64,000 nucleotides of DNA from assembly GCF_006345805.1 (NCBI RefSeq), contig NW_021831284.1, positions 496,001 through 560,000 on the forward strand. Direction: 5' to 3'. The notes below the pieces were generated by a model. The model did not search any database. It saw only the letters and a list, made by a program, of their open reading frames with translations, and had not been told where the DNA came from. Made by a program: the position numbers and the translations under genes. The stretch comes from Octopus sinensis (lineage: Eukaryota). Below, piece by piece: positions 11,900-26,900 of this stretch (the stretch's first letter is position 1; every line of letters starts with the position of its first letter).

Positions 11900-12625
11900 T
11901 TTTTTTTTTTTTTTTAAGCTAGATTAGTTTTATATTATAAATCGTCACGCTCCGGCAGCCAGTATCGCGTGCGTGTTGCCACGAAGAACTGCAATTCCGA
12001 TACGTTGGCGAAGCCAATACCCCTCGCGACTGTCCCTCCTTCGTTTAGCCAGCATCGCCCCAATTTCCTTGAGAAATTCCGCGGTTTTGGATCCCACTAC
12101 ACCAGACGTCTCTATCGAGATTGGGACAAAACGGAAAGTTTTCCGATCTCCAAATACTTAGATATCTTCGCCTTTTCTGCTGCATTAGCAGCCAACCGGG
12201 CGAATGAATATTCCGAAGAATCATGGACTGGGAGAACGTGTCTACGCACGTCGCATCCCATGCGAGTGATTTTCCCTGGGAGTACGGGAAAAGAGTTATC
12301 CCATCGGGCCTCTGCAATCTCCCCGGTCAAGCCCGATGGGTTCCAGGTGTGCTGGAAATCCTGCGCTCTCGAGGGCCCGTCGTATTATGTCGTTGAGTGC
12401 GGCATGGCGGGGAGCGCGACCTGCACTCCTCTTGCAAGACAAAGGGTGTAGTCCTTTGGAATCGACTATTCCTCCACACCGGCATCTGTGTTCCTGACAG
12501 ACGTCAAGACCCAAGCGTTGTGCAACACGATTCTCACACAATCGTCGTCCATAAGCGTACCGAATGAACTGCATGGAAATGCGTGGAGCCATGCACCACT
12601 CCGTGCTGTGCCCCGGATAGCAAAC
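11900..12625 (-). mobile_element. 5'-truncated CRE-clade retrotransposon with poly(A) tail
   Basis: [54 protein letters not shown]. The T14 run at 11901-11914 is the poly(A) tail on the element strand. Confidence 0.9.
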
Positions 12626-13186
12626 AGACGAGTAATTTAAACAATCTGTTTATGTTTCCAATGGTATTATATTTACTTAAGCAATTATTGCCTGTAAATA
12701 CAATTCAATTTTATATATACTCCTCTTATCTACAACTAAATTCATTTTGGATGACCTGATCAGATAACCATCTTCCCTGTTAAGTGTGGAAAGTCCTTTG
12801 TGTGTGATGCGTCATCCCCAGACAACTACGCCCCTACTTTTCTAAATTTCTAATCAGTGAGTTTTGGCTAGGTTTCTACTACGGCAAAAGATATAAAATT
12901 ATGTTTCTTTCAATAGTGGCATTGGCAAGTCTCCACTTGTAGTTTTGTCAGAAATCGGGGAATGGATCTTTATTAAGGCGAGACCAGCTGGTTATTCCGA
13001 GGAATTTTATTTGCCATCTACCAAAACACTTTTAAGCCAATCTTATATCTTCTAATTAATATAACCGATAATTTCTATTTTTAAGTTTATTGATATGTAA
13101 AACGTATATTCAAATAACTAATTTATTAATTAGCCTTATAAAGACGAGCGTATATCCTAATTTATTTGGCATAAATGAAACTACAA

Positions 13187-15954
13187 TCAGGAATAAATAA
13201 GCGGAATGTCATTAAAGGACATTACTGGAGCAGTTTTGAGTAAATCATGTGCATGTAGATAACAACTCGAAGCCTTCTCATAATCACCGGTCGATTCGAG
13301 GACCTTTCCAAGTAATCCCCTATTAAGTACTGCTAAAATAATGAAAACCAGGATCTATGCTCAAAAGGATCCACCTTAATGGCCTCCCTGAGATAGTTTT
13401 CTGATTCTGAAAAAAGTTCAATTTCATAATATGCCAAACCCTACTTTTAAACAAGATATATAACCAGTTCATAAAGAATGTCAAAATTCCTTGGATCAAC
13501 TGCGCTCAGCGTTAGAAACCACTCGAGAGCCAAATCGTTCATTTTTGTAGCACGCAAAAATTTAGCTTTCTTTAAAATATTTTTATCGCTAATTTACCAT
13601 AATTTGTAGATTTAAAGAGTTTGGAGATATATTTTGTGCTTCAATTAAACATAGCTTCACATCCTCGAGCTTATCCAGTCCAAGAAAAATTTCAGCTTCA
13701 ATTTTAAAAAAACAATTTACCAGTTCGTAACCAAATTTTGAATTCGTCAGGATCAGACTTACACCATTCTCTGTTATTACAATAACAATTCGCCACATTT
13801 AAAAAATCGTCCAAATTTAAATCGAGGTTTGTTTCTTTGCATGTGTTTCCATTTTCTTGTTCTGTGACAAATTCCGACTTTCCCGGACTATTTTTCTCAA
13901 ATTCAGAAAAGTTACATTTTGGTCAACATTTTACCACACGTTTGCAAAGCCGAACTAAAATCACCCATCTCGGACTCGATGCAACTCTTGATCAGGAAAA
14001 AGCTTAAATAAACGTCAAATTGAGTTCTACTTTGATGAGGACGGATATTGCATTAAAGAACTCTCAACACATTTGATGGCTGCTCCATAGTCTTTAGAAG
14101 CAGTAAAAAGCAACACCAGAAGAGTCAAAGTAGTCTCTTTATGCCAATTAAGTGTGATAGCTAATTTGCAATAATGAAGAGCTCTATCAATCCTCCTTTC
14201 TAGGGCGTAGTAAAGTGACAGGTGAAATGCAGGCAGATAGTCACGTGGGTCAGCTTCATGAGACCTAGACAAAATCAGAATACCCGATTTGTACCTGTTC
14301 AAAAAATCTAACGCAGCGGATAGGTGAGTAGAAGATTGAGAAAAAATTTCCTGTCTTCTGGCAATCAGAACGTGATAGAGACCACAATAAAGTAAGGCAC
14401 GAGAATGAAAAGGAGAAGAACCGTCACAAAGATCTAATAGTTGTTTAGTATAATCCTCAAGTGTTTGGTCAATCGGCTATATTTATGTATTGAAATTATT
14501 TACCAATGGACAATGTGGGTCAAAATGTATACAAATAATGTGTATAAGAGTATCGATTTCTCCGGGGACAAGAGAATTACAAACTTTAAGAAAATGATAA
14601 CATTGTTTGTACTAATCAATACAAAATAAATTTTTACTTTTTTTTCTTGGGCCAGTGTAAATGCAAATTGCCGTAAGGAATAAAAATCCCCGAGACAGTA
14701 TTTAAGAATGTCCCACAATGCCTGAAATAAACTGAGAACAAAAAACTGAATTGAGTCTACAGGGAGACGATAACTGCCCGAACAGTAGACAATAATAATT
14801 CACCAATTTGACAGTTTTGGGGGATATTTCAATCTGGGAATCAGCAAGCTGTAGATTTAGACAAAAATATGTTCACCAGTAATGGTTTCATTAATTTTTG
14901 ATAGACGCTTATCAAATAGCAAAGTTCCTCTTCCCGATTTAAATTAAGGAGACTAAAAACCTGTAATAAAAACACAAATACGTGGATTGGGATAGATTTG
15001 TGTCCCCCAACTCAGAAATAGACTCGGAAACTGATTCGTAGTTATCAAATGTGGTCTCATGAAATAAAAAATCAATGTATCGTTCAATTATACTCTGTTG
15101 TGTTAATTCATCCAACTTTACCTTGTAAAAATTAGTCAATTTCTCAATGTTGTCAACAACTAGCAAATCTCTGAAAGCTCTTATGGCTTGTTTGCCTCTG
15201 CTGAATAACAGTTTTTATTTAAAGACAAATACAGGCTGTGAATTTGATTTTTTAGGTGAGTTTCCATTGCTTCTATTAGATGGTACCCGAGATATGTGCT
15301 TAGTTCTTCAGATCTAGACTTACCGAGTTATGAGAACTCTGGAATGAGCAAATGAAGTTGTTTTAGGAGAGCTTTAGCAATATCCGACGACATTTTGAAA
15401 TATTTTTTTACAGATGTGCCCATTTTGTCACATTTAAGTCCTAATTTCTCCAAAGATTTTGCTATAAAATTATTCTGATTTATTTTTACCGCAGAAAACA
15501 TAACTTTCTCCAAGAATGACCATCGAACGGTTACAATTTTGTAATTTTTCTGTCTCGATTTTTTGAAGAGCAAATGATTGGAGCAATTCTTGATAATTTC
15601 CCAAAGCAAATAAACATTTTAATGAAAGCATGTTCATATCTGTTTCATATTTTGAGCAATAAGAATGCCTGTGAGTTATTATAAAGAGGCATTGTACCAC
15701 ACGGTGGCATTGATCACCTTGTAGACGACATGTAGTTCTGTTCTGTCAAGTTTAGCCTCACATATATCAATCAATCCATTTTCAAGACGCTTTTCGAGGG
15801 TTATAATGTTGGAAACGTTTTCTGAAAATATTAATTTCAGTGATGGACCGATGTAGGAAGATTTGTTGCAGAGGGTAAGACACTCGTCCCATTTTCGTAA
15901 AAAACGTAATTGGTCGACACGCAGTAAAAGAGCTTCACTTTTACTAATGGACAT
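13187..15954 (-). CDS. TTC7: Tetratricopeptide repeat protein 7 (TTC7/YPP1, PI4KA scaffold)
   Basis: DPRDYLPAFHLSLYYALERRIDRAL, LLVLLFTASKDY...LMQYP, and C-terminal YLREAIKVDP...LGKVLE...KTAPVMSFNDIP. Many micro-introns. Confidence 0.85.
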
Positions 15955-16213
15955 TAACACCACAAGGAATATTATATGTATTAAAGTAAATAAGATTTAT
16001 ATAAAGTTTTAAAAATATCACTATTAGTTTATTTTTTTATTTTTCAAAATATATTCTTGACAGTTGAAATCATAAGACTTTTTAAATTACGTAATTATTA
16101 AACTCCTTTAAAATTAAATTTAACTTAAAATTATCCAAACTAAAAAAACTTTAGTTAAAAAATTATATAAAACAATAAATCAATAGAGGATGAGGTGGGT
16201 CACTTAAACCTTT

Positions 16214-16892
16214 TCAAATATTCGCGAGATAGCGCGAATAAATATAGTAGTCACATTGATCGTCAATTGGACAGTTCCAATCCATACTAAACCCATGTTT
16301 TTTAAAAAAATTTAAAGAGCCTGCATTGTCACGAAATATAGTGCACGTTATTTTGTCCATGTCAACTCTAATACTAGTCAAATATCAAATTTTACAACTT
16401 AATAGCGATTCCGAGTAAAATATTGAGCATAAACGATCCAACTCCGCAACCACGAGACTTTTTCTCAACTTGAATGTCGTAGCAATAAGCAATTGCTTCT
16501 CTTTCTTCAGTTATAAAACGAAAATGAAGAAATCCTAGTATCGGAGAATTAATGTTTTCATCTCCTTCTTTTTCTCGCACGACTATAATTAATGTTTTTT
16601 TATTTTTTAATTCTGAAAGTTTTTCTTTGTCGTTCCATCCAAATGAGCTGTTTATAAACATATTGTATATATTGTCTTTTAACAACACAAATAATTCAGT
16701 AATAGAATGGGCATCGAGTGCATTTCCCCAAGTTATGTTGACCTGCCAATTTTCACTAAAATAAACATCAATTTTAGCATTTTATACTCACGTTGATTGG
16801 GGTTCAAAAACCTCTTTTGATAAATAAGCTTTTTTGCATAATTCTCGGCATTTTTTGGTACTTTTTCTGTTTGAAGGTTCTTGGCCAAACAT
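16214..16892 (-). CDS. NAA40: N-alpha-acetyltransferase 40 (NatD, histone H4/H2A N-terminal acetyltransferase)
   Basis: SSFGWNDKEKLSEL, GFLHFRF, YCYDIQVEKKSRGCGVGSFML, TIFRDNAGSLNFF; two introns. Confidence 0.9.
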
Positions 16893-17970
16893 CACAACGA
16901 AGGAATATTATTTTTATTTATTTTTTAACACCAAAACCACGTTAAAAACAGAACAAATTAATCACGTAATTCCGATGCATCTCACAAGCGACTTCATCTT
17001 CGCTTGGTAATCTTCCCACGAGCCCACACCATTTCGCACCGGACGGCTATTGAGCTCGTTTTTTAAACTGACTTCCTTCGATATCCTGAACAACCAGTAC
17101 AATTGGTAACGCAAGTGGACCTTCTTTTGGGGTTGCTTTATACTTTGAAAGAGATCAATTATGTTAGAAGAAGCAAATGAGCTTGTTGAATAAAGTCGGT
17201 TTGAATAAAGAACGAGCTAATTTGGTTCTTCTAAATGAATAATATCTTTCAAACTGGAGATAAGAATTTAACAAAACGAATTCGGAATTCTAATATATTT
17301 AACTTGATTGAATTTTGATCACCGACTCCAAAAGTTTCACATTTTTAATACTTTTATGATTTTAACTGGTGATATTATGAGGATAAAAAATCTTGTAAAT
17401 TCTGACTTTTTTCTTTATTTTAATTGAGAATTCATTCATTATAAGTATGGTTCAACGTCATTTTATTAAAAATGGTTTTCCTAAAAGATTTTATTATAGT
17501 CTCAAAATTTAGATTACGTGAAAAATAATAGTCAATACAAAAATCTCTTTATTTAAAGGACAAAAATAACCAAAAACACAAAATGGTTATTTTCATGAAC
17601 AATGAAACGGAAATGAAGACACCGGAATTCGCTATTTATCAAGAATGTTACTGGGGAACATAAACACTTCAAAGGAAGTGTAGTGAATTCTATTCTTCTG
17701 TGAAACGCCCAATTACTTAAAAATTATAAAAGACTGCAAAATTTATTAAAAATAACATTACTCTTGGCCATGCTTAAAATTTACCTTCATAAAATTTCAA
17801 TCGAATTCAAAATAATGTTTTTTCAAAATAGACGACTCTTGTGCAAGTCAAATAACTAAAGTAGATGACTCTTAGGGAAAGTCATTAAAACTTTTAGTTT
17901 TTCACGAAAAATGATTTTTTGTTTAAAAATTAGTAATTATTAATAGTAAACAAATGAGTTCATGTATTTG

Positions 17971-20900
17971 TTAGTTTGTTACTTGGAAATTCATCGCATA
18001 ATTCGTTTGAGAGAAAAAATATTTCCAAACTATAAAACCAACCACTCCAGTTAGGGCTACTCCTCCTACTGACAATCCAACGATTAATGGCAGATTTAAA
18101 GTTTCCTTTTTTTTTTCTTAGAATAAAAGTTTACCGAATTTGTATAAATAAGTTTATCACCATAAACTACGTTTTCGACACCGAGACTTCCTTCGAAAAA
18201 CTTGAGGACGTTATTTGTATATAAACTCGTTTTAAATAATTTAACTGATTCGTCCATTTCAGTATTATTTCCAATCATAAAAACAGCAATTTGTTTATTT
18301 TCTAATAAATGTATATAGAAATAAATAGAAATACCCGAAACTATAGAAAAATTGGTGAAATCTATATTTGAAAAATCCCGACTGATATAATTGAATAGAA
18401 TTGCTTCAATGTATAGGGCGTCAACACCAATGCTCAATATATTTTTATCAAATTGAATAACTACACTTTTTACAACAGACAAATTCCAATTAAAATCTAT
18501 TTTTAATACAAAGAATCATACTGGTATTACGAACTCGGATTATTTGACTTTTTGTTGAAAGATCGTAATCATTCGGCTGACTAAAAACCGCAATGTTTAA
18601 TATATAATATCCAAAATTAGGGAATGAAAAATTTGAAAGATTAATAGTGCCATTTACAATTTGCTGTCTTTTTAGAATGCTTGGTGTATGCCCAAAAACG
18701 CTTGTATCACTTTCATTGATTTCATAAATCCAATTATTTATCTATTCACTCTGAATATCAAAATTAAACCCTCCATGTTAAACTTCCAACACTTATATTT
18801 TCAACCGTATCTTTCACTAATAATAGACCGGACATATTTTGGTATGTCGTGACAACATTATCAAAAATTGACACTTCTGCTGACAATTGTCTTTTCAGAA
18901 TGTTTATCTGATGAACAACAGTAGTAATCGAAGAGTTTAGACTCTATCAATAACAAAAATAAAAGTATACTCTAAAAGTGAAAGAATAATTATTTCCATA
19001 AAATGGAATCCTTAGAGAAGTAAAATTAGCAGTTCCCAATATAAAACTAGCCAATGACCCTTGCGAAAATGTTTGAAGAACAGTTCCATTGTGGGAAATA
19101 TCTAGTTGAATCTTCCATGGGTCGTACACGGATCCGACGATTTCCAAAGTAGAATTCTAAATTGAACAATTTCAATAAACATTTTCGTCCTGCATGATCA
19201 TTGAGAATCCTATATGAGATAAAGATTCTTCATAAAGTGTTATTGGTTGTGATATTATGACTAATTTTTGAGGAATTAAAATTTGTAATAAATTGCTCGA
19301 ATATCCCTCATAAAGAATGGTTTCTGTTGGTGGAATGGGTTCAGCAATCGATACGCCTGAGATCTATAAAAAGTATATTAAAATTTAATATTTACAGAAA
19401 TGTTCAAAATATTTGAAATTCCTGAACTCTGCGCTGTGTTTAAAATCACTGATGATATATTCTGAAGTTGTTGATCAGTCATAAAAGAAGAAGAGTTAGT
19501 CGTTTCATTATATGAATTTGATATTTCAATTAAAAATAGCGTGGTAGAAGTAGCTCTATTTATTTAAATAAAATTTTCAACCTTTTTGATCTTGGCGCAG
19601 AATTTTCTTTAACGACATTTACAATTCGAACTTTATTGGAAGGAATTCCGAGAAATGCAATTAAATTTTCCAATACGTTAGCTCCGAAGAAATCTACTTC
19701 AGGAACGACCGTTGATAGTCCAATTATGACACTCTCAGTAAATTTAATATCAATTGCTTCTGAGCCTTTTAGACCTACGTAAAGGAATTTTGTTGATCGA
19801 TTCCGATAATTCTGTCCAGAAATTGTGTTATGAACATTTGGAATGGTATCTTTTTAAGCATTAAAAAATATTTCTTAGTACCGCTAGGAAATATTGGGAT
19901 TGAATTAGTAGACGTTTCAGTTGCTTGTACCCGATTAAAAAAATATCTAATGACTATTCTATCAGTTGGATCAGCATTAATCATTCTCAGTCTCAAATGC
20001 TTTGGTACTGTGGATGTAAAATATAAATGATACAACTTTCCTATTGAAAAATAATAACTTTTAATATACCGGTTGCAACAATTGCATAAAATGTCGATAT
20101 TCTTTTCTGGCAAGTGTAACCGTTACACCAGCCATGATCCGCGGGCCCATTTAAAAGATCGAGGTACCCATCGCCCCGAATAGCTACTGGAGAGAGTCTT
20201 CGCTTTTCAGTGTCATGATCCATACTTTCAATTATCATTATGCGATAATTAAGGCCACAACATTTATATGCTTGCCACTCAGCATTATAAACACAATTTT
20301 GATCTCTTAGTATTCCTAACAGATTATAAAAATTACATACCTAAATGTTGCCGGACTAAATTAATTGGAATCATGGAACCATTTGAATATATTTTCATAC
20401 TTGTAGGAATGCGATAGTCTCCAGTTCCTCTCCTTCTATCGCCGTTCCAAGCAAACTCTGATTTTGGAAAAGCCGCACAGTTCGGAGAACCCAGAAAACT
20501 TCCATCAGAATCAGTGATCAAAGTTTTCTTATTTCCATCACAATCCATATCAACACAATCAGATGGATTTATTTTTCTATATATAAATGATGTGAGTACT
20601 GTAATGGAGGCAAAGTCATGTATATATAGTTTTTACTCGGGAAATTATAAAAACGAATTCTAGATATTATCACCGGATGTTGAAAGTCGTAACTTTTGTC
20701 ACTTGTCATAATGAAAACGTCTTTAACACAACTTACGGAGTTATATGTGTCAACTGTGATGTCTAAATTGTTAAAATTAAAAAAATAATAACTACCGGAA
20801 ATGACCATAAGTCCAGATAAAGAAGGATATGCCATTGGTGTTGTCCAATCTTTATTTGCCATTTTAAGACTCCCGGAGATAAAATTAGGAAAAAATATTC

Positions 20901-23900
20901 CTACTCTCGCATTATTAGTAATTGAAAAGACACTCGAAGCTGTTAATAAACCATTCTATTAAATAAAAATAAAATTGGATACAATTCTGACAGAGGTGTC
21001 AGTTTTACAGTCAAAAAATGGTGTGGTCATTAGTATAGTAGAATTTCGAACGGTGACCGTTTGATTACTAGTAAGATGCCTTAAAGGAGAAGGTCCGATA
21101 ATAAATGTATATACTCCAACGTTATTTTCGATCAAAATAACATTTTCGACTACAATGCTGGCAGTAGAGTGTACATAAATTCCAAAATTATAAAATTTCC
21201 AAATAATAAAATCTAAAAATAAAACATTTAATACCATACTTTGGATAGTGAGACAACTCGGTTCTGGAGAATGTTCTTTGAGATGAAAAATAACGACGCC
21301 ATTTAATCCAGATTTAGCAATATTTTTCTTAAAAGTTGAAAGTCCGCCGTTGCATGAATCACCGCTAATACGATAAGCTATCGTCTGAGAGCCGGCAACA
21401 ACATTTCCAATCAATTCAGTCTATCAAAATTAATTCGTTAAAAATAAAACATTGGTAGCTTCATTTATTGTGATTGCTCCTTTCCATAATATATTTTGAT
21501 CCCATTTTCCATTATATAATCCTTCATAGATATGAGAAACGATAAGATTTTGTTCTATTTTTGTACCAGAACTTGTTGATATAATTCCTAGCGAAGTTAA
21601 AATCGAGAATTATACCAGGACCAACGGGGCGATATATTATATTGTTTGATACCTCTAGCTTATTTGTTCTATAAACTCCTATAGTCGGTGAATAGCATTC
21701 ATGAAATGATGACATTCTGACATATGCCGGTCTTAATGAATTAATTTCACCAATGTCCATAAATGTTATCGAATATCTGGCATCAGTTTTACTATCATAA
21801 TCGAATTGGCCAGTTTTATAAAATTCGACGTTCTTAATACGCGCAAAACCTTAATTTCAGTAAAAATATAAACCTGTATAAATTTTTCCTTCATGTACTG
21901 TTTTTCCTACAAGAACACGGCCTCCGAAGGGAGAAAATGTCTGACCTCCGATAATCTTTATATTCCTTGATAACAACCCAACGGAAGCAGAAAGCTGATG
22001 GACTGTATTCCCTACAATGTAAAGTTCACCTATAAAATTAAAATTTGTATCGTGCATACCCAAATGTTTATAATTAAGAGGTCTGTTTAGCTCCAAGACT
22101 GTTCCGCCATTCATTATATTGTTTATAACGACTTTTTCGCCTTCATTTACATTATAGGATGTCGAAGAAATAATAATTTCATCTCCGATATTCCAATCAA
22201 CAATATCTTGCAAGTAAATTTTTCTATCTCCAATATTTGCAGTCTTGTTCAATGTAGTAGAATAAATATTTTTGGCTTCGCCATGAAAATCTAGTCCTCC
22301 AAAACAAGCTATAATTGAATTATTTTTTCAACTTTCTTACCAATTACTTTAGTACCTACCAACGGACCAGTTATTAATGGAAATGTTGCAGAATTTTTAT
22401 TCCCAATTAACGTTATTTCGAGCTTTCCACGGAAAGAACGGTCTTCTGTTCCAGCTATTATTCTTCCGCCTCTTATAAAAATAATTTCGACCGACAAATA
22501 AAAATCTCGATATCCGGATATTGTTGAGTTGTCAATATCGTCGAATTCTAAAACTCCATATATATGTAATTCCTTTATTTTTGGAAGTTTTACATCCACC
22601 AATACGTAAACATCTTAAAGATAATTATTAATAAAACTAGCCTGAAGAAATAACAACTGTATCACCATTTGATGGCAATCCCCCATTTCCAAAGTCTTTA
22701 CTTGCGTTCCATTTATTGTTTGTAAAACGCCAAATATTAGTATTTGACCATCTCAAAGCATCTTTTGGTCTGTTCCGTGACGGAGGGAGACTTCCTTTAT
22801 CTGCTGGAGCCTCACATTTTAAATAAAAGCAGCGATAAGCATTAAATCTTATGTTAATTCTTCGAATATCAGAATATTTGTTCGGATTATTTGTTTTTGG
22901 CGACATGACTAAGTTTTAAAATTTAATTTACTACCGATGTAGCTTAATTTATTTTCAAGTGAATCATAGTACCAATCTCCATTTTTATTCTGCTCGTGGC
23001 TTAAAGGGAGTAATGACATAGGGCGAAATGTACTATCAATAGTAAAAACTCGATCAGGTTTATAATTCATCGGAATACTGACAATTACATAGTCTCCACT
23101 CTGTTTGATTATAAGCACGAACATTATTATACAATCAGATTATCAATAACTCCAGTATAAGAGATATTCGTTAAATTGGATTCCGTTGATAATGTAATAA
23201 ATATTTCATCATTTGTAGGGAAAATGGACATCCATCCAAGAGGTGAAGTAACCCTTTTTTCAGCAAAGTAGCTTGTATCATTTCCATAAGAATTTACTAT
23301 TTTTATACTGCGCCCCAAATACATATCAGGATTAATTTCTATTTTTAATTAAAATAATTACTATTAAATGACAATCTTGCGAACCTGTATTTGGGTGGGC
23401 AAAAGAGCGATTCCAACCCACGAGTGTTATTTGTATTTATTGCACAGTCGGGCGGTATAAGTTTAGAATATGGAACAATATTTGTTTTAGAACCAGTCAA
23501 AGATCCATCAGAGTCAACAATAATCCCTTCGTGTTTCCAATTCCATTTGTATCGGTTTTGCGAATTTATAAAATGAATATTTTTCATAAAATATAAAAAT
23601 CCTATTAGAAATTACTAATATAAATAAAACCAACCTCCTGAAAAAGTTGAACTTGTCCCAGAAATTTTTGCTAAAACAAAACATTGACCACGTGATGTAT
23701 TGTAGTTATAAAAATTAACATTATTAAGAGTCAATCCACTTGATAGAGGTAGAACAACTCCACTAGAAGAAGATATGTGTGTAATTCCGGGAACGTAAGC
23801 TAAAAAGGTTTATTTTAAATATTACCAATTATATCACTGTTATTTAGATATGGACCTGAATTTGAATATATTGTATTTTCAGAATTATGCATAAGTTCTA

Positions 23901-26900
23901 TATTTGCAACCTTGTTTGCAACAGTTACAAAATTATCAAATTGCAAGGCACCACCATTGGTCCATTCAGCTCCCTTTTGATTGTGCCATGAAGTAAAATT
24001 GCTAAATTTTGCGACTACAGGAATTCCCGATCTCCACCCTTTATAACGCGGAGTATAACTGCAAGTTATTAGATTACTTTAAAAGAAATAAAACCCTTCA
24101 AAAATCCATAGTCCGTACCATCCTTGAGAATGTACTTCGTTTCCTGTGAAAATTCCCATTTCTCCTTTATTTGGTACGATATTCCATACATAAGAAGGCC
24201 CGTCAACCGTTGCATGCAATCTGTACCTATATTTACATATTTTAATCAAAATAATAATCACCAGAAACCGAAATGTGTTCCGCCTGCCACAGTGTTGTGC
24301 CTTATTATATTTTTCGGATGAGTGACCCAGTATCCAGCAGGAGTGATGTCATCGTTTAATAAACTTGAGCTATGTTTCACGTAAACGAGTAAATTATATT
24401 CGAATATATTATTTGTTTCAATTCCATCTTCAAGAAAAAATGCACCGCCCATTATGTTATATCCAACATTTCTTTTCACAACAAGTCCATGAGAACCTTA
24501 AAAATTAACTACGTTATAAAACCGTGAATGTTAACAGCCCTGTTGAAACTGTTATGAATAGCACACCCATTTACATATGATTTCTCATTCCAGCCAGAAA
24601 GGTGATAATGTATTGGATATCGTCCAAGACGGAACGCTTGTCCGACGTGGTTAAATTCAACGTGTGAAAATTTTCCGATCGCCTCATCCATACTTGGATG
24701 TCTCGGAGCAATCATTACTGTTCCTCCAAACTGATCATCTCCTATTTCATCGCCTTCTCTCCCTTGGAAACATGTTTGAACTGCAAATTGGCCTATATTT
24801 ATTAGATATGAATTTATTTGGATAAAACCCATTTTGAATCCGTCAGGGCATCTTTCTATTTTGAAGGAATAATTCATGTTTTTAGTTCCAATTATTTTTA
24901 CATTTCTTGTGAGCAATCCAACGTCAGCTCGCATTTTAACCTGTTTTCCATTACCGTAGTTATACGTGTATGATAGTTTACGATATCTAAAATTTTATAA
25001 AATTTGGGTTATGTTACTTTATTGGTTCGACTAGAGTTATAATCTTACGATTTAATGATATATTTGCGATTCTATGTATTTCATTTTCTTTAGCACTATC
25101 CATATCACCTGTGCTAGATATGATAATAGTTTCATTTTTCTTTTTATGTTATTATTAAACAAAACTCGCCAATCAACAGGATCTTCTAATTCTATAATGT
25201 TGATTCCGACATCGACAGATTTCGAGAGCTTAGTCCAAGTTATATTTCGATATTTTCCTTAATGGATAACGATAAAACAATAACCATGAAGTTCAATTAT
25301 ACCTTCACGGACGCCAATAACGTTAGAACCAAAAATTGGGAAAGTTTTTGACAAAAATTTGGAATGCAATTCAATCAACGCCTTATGTTGAAATGGTTTA
25401 TTTTCTTGACCAATCTAATTTTTTTAATCTAAACCACATTCATTACTTGCAACAATCCGCCATTTGTGATAAAAATATTTTCGGCATGAAGTTCAAGATC
25501 CTTCTCGTCAAATGTCAAAGATCCGCCTTAAAATATGATTTTGGCTAAACTTTTAAATACCATTAATTAATAAAATTTGGAGTATTGGTGTATTTACGTC
25601 TAGAAGAATATTCAACCCATGAGGAATAACTACAATTTCTCCAGCCTTCGGTATATCATAACCTCCCCAAGTAAACCGAGAAGACCAGACATTTACATAT
25701 TCAAATAATATATTTGTTATATTTTTCTAAAATAAATAATAAAAATAAACGGCATATGCGAAGCCACTGTCTATAGAATAAACGTTTACTCTTGATTTTC
25801 GGTTTCCTATATGTGATCCTGACGTACAAGTAATCAAATTATCCGTAATTCCTTTTATCACACAGATTGAGTTGTCAATTGTGACTCGAGTCAAATTCGT
25901 GTTGTTTCTAAATATTTAAATATGAACTACCCAAATCCTTTTCCTACTATCGATATAAGGGTTCCGCCAGCAGTTCCACCCCTTTTTGGACTAATGCGAT
26001 CTATAAACTGAGTTTTATTGTCAGTATATATAAATTCGTTTGAACTTTGAATAGATAATAAATTCGTTTCAATGTTAATACTACAATTTGTATTATTTTT
26101 GGTATCTAAAATTAGTTATGTAAATAAGTAACAGTTTATTTGTGGTGTTTCAACAAAAATAGAACTGTGATTTCGAAAATCAACAATCCTTGCCGGTTTG
26201 TTACATATCAACACAGACATATTGTTGCTAAATCCATTTCCCATAATTCCAATTTTTTGTCCGCCACCAAACCCACCTAAAATAATTTGTAAATGTCAAT
26301 TACCCTTAGTAGGAAAAATATCTGTGATTTTTAATAAGTTTGTATAGTTTTTAAATATGTTTGAATAGCCGTAATTTATGCGTCTTAATTGTACAGCATA
26401 GTTTCCGTAGTCTAAATCGGGTGTCACACATTTTAGAATTGTTGCATTTATTTGAGTAATATTACAGTTCTTATTGCCAATGAATACAATATATTTACTT
26501 ATATTTATGCCGAAACCTGGAAATTTAAATACTTAAAAGTTACCATTATAACTAATTGAAATTTCGGTATTGCGTGAACCGTTTGTTGGGTTTATTCGTG
26601 TAATATTCGGACTAAGGGAACCATCGTAGTGAAATAAAAATTGGTTAAAGATATAGTTGCTACTTCTTATCGACATATTTTTGATTCCTGGAGATGAAGA
26701 ATGTGTTTTACAAAATATCTATATTAGTATTATACAAACATAAATACCATATTTTGCCTACATGATAATATTTCGCAATGTGTACTTTCTATATGTACTG
26801 TTGTGTCGTTGCAAATAAAGCCATATCCACTTATTTTTATTTCAGTTCCTCCATATATGCTACCTGACATAGGATTTATATTTGTGATCGATCCATAACT

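Noticed and set aside
16219-16240. Hairpin tattcgcg-agatag-cgcgaata at the NAA40 3' end
   Set aside because: An 8-bp stem inside coding sequence is compatible with chance; prokaryote-style terminators are not expected here.
13187-16892. NAA40-TTC7 and BiP-DCX-INSC same-strand runs as trans-spliced operons
   Set aside because: Spacers are 260-690 nt and I could not identify unpaired splice acceptors with confidence; this cannot be supported without transcript data.
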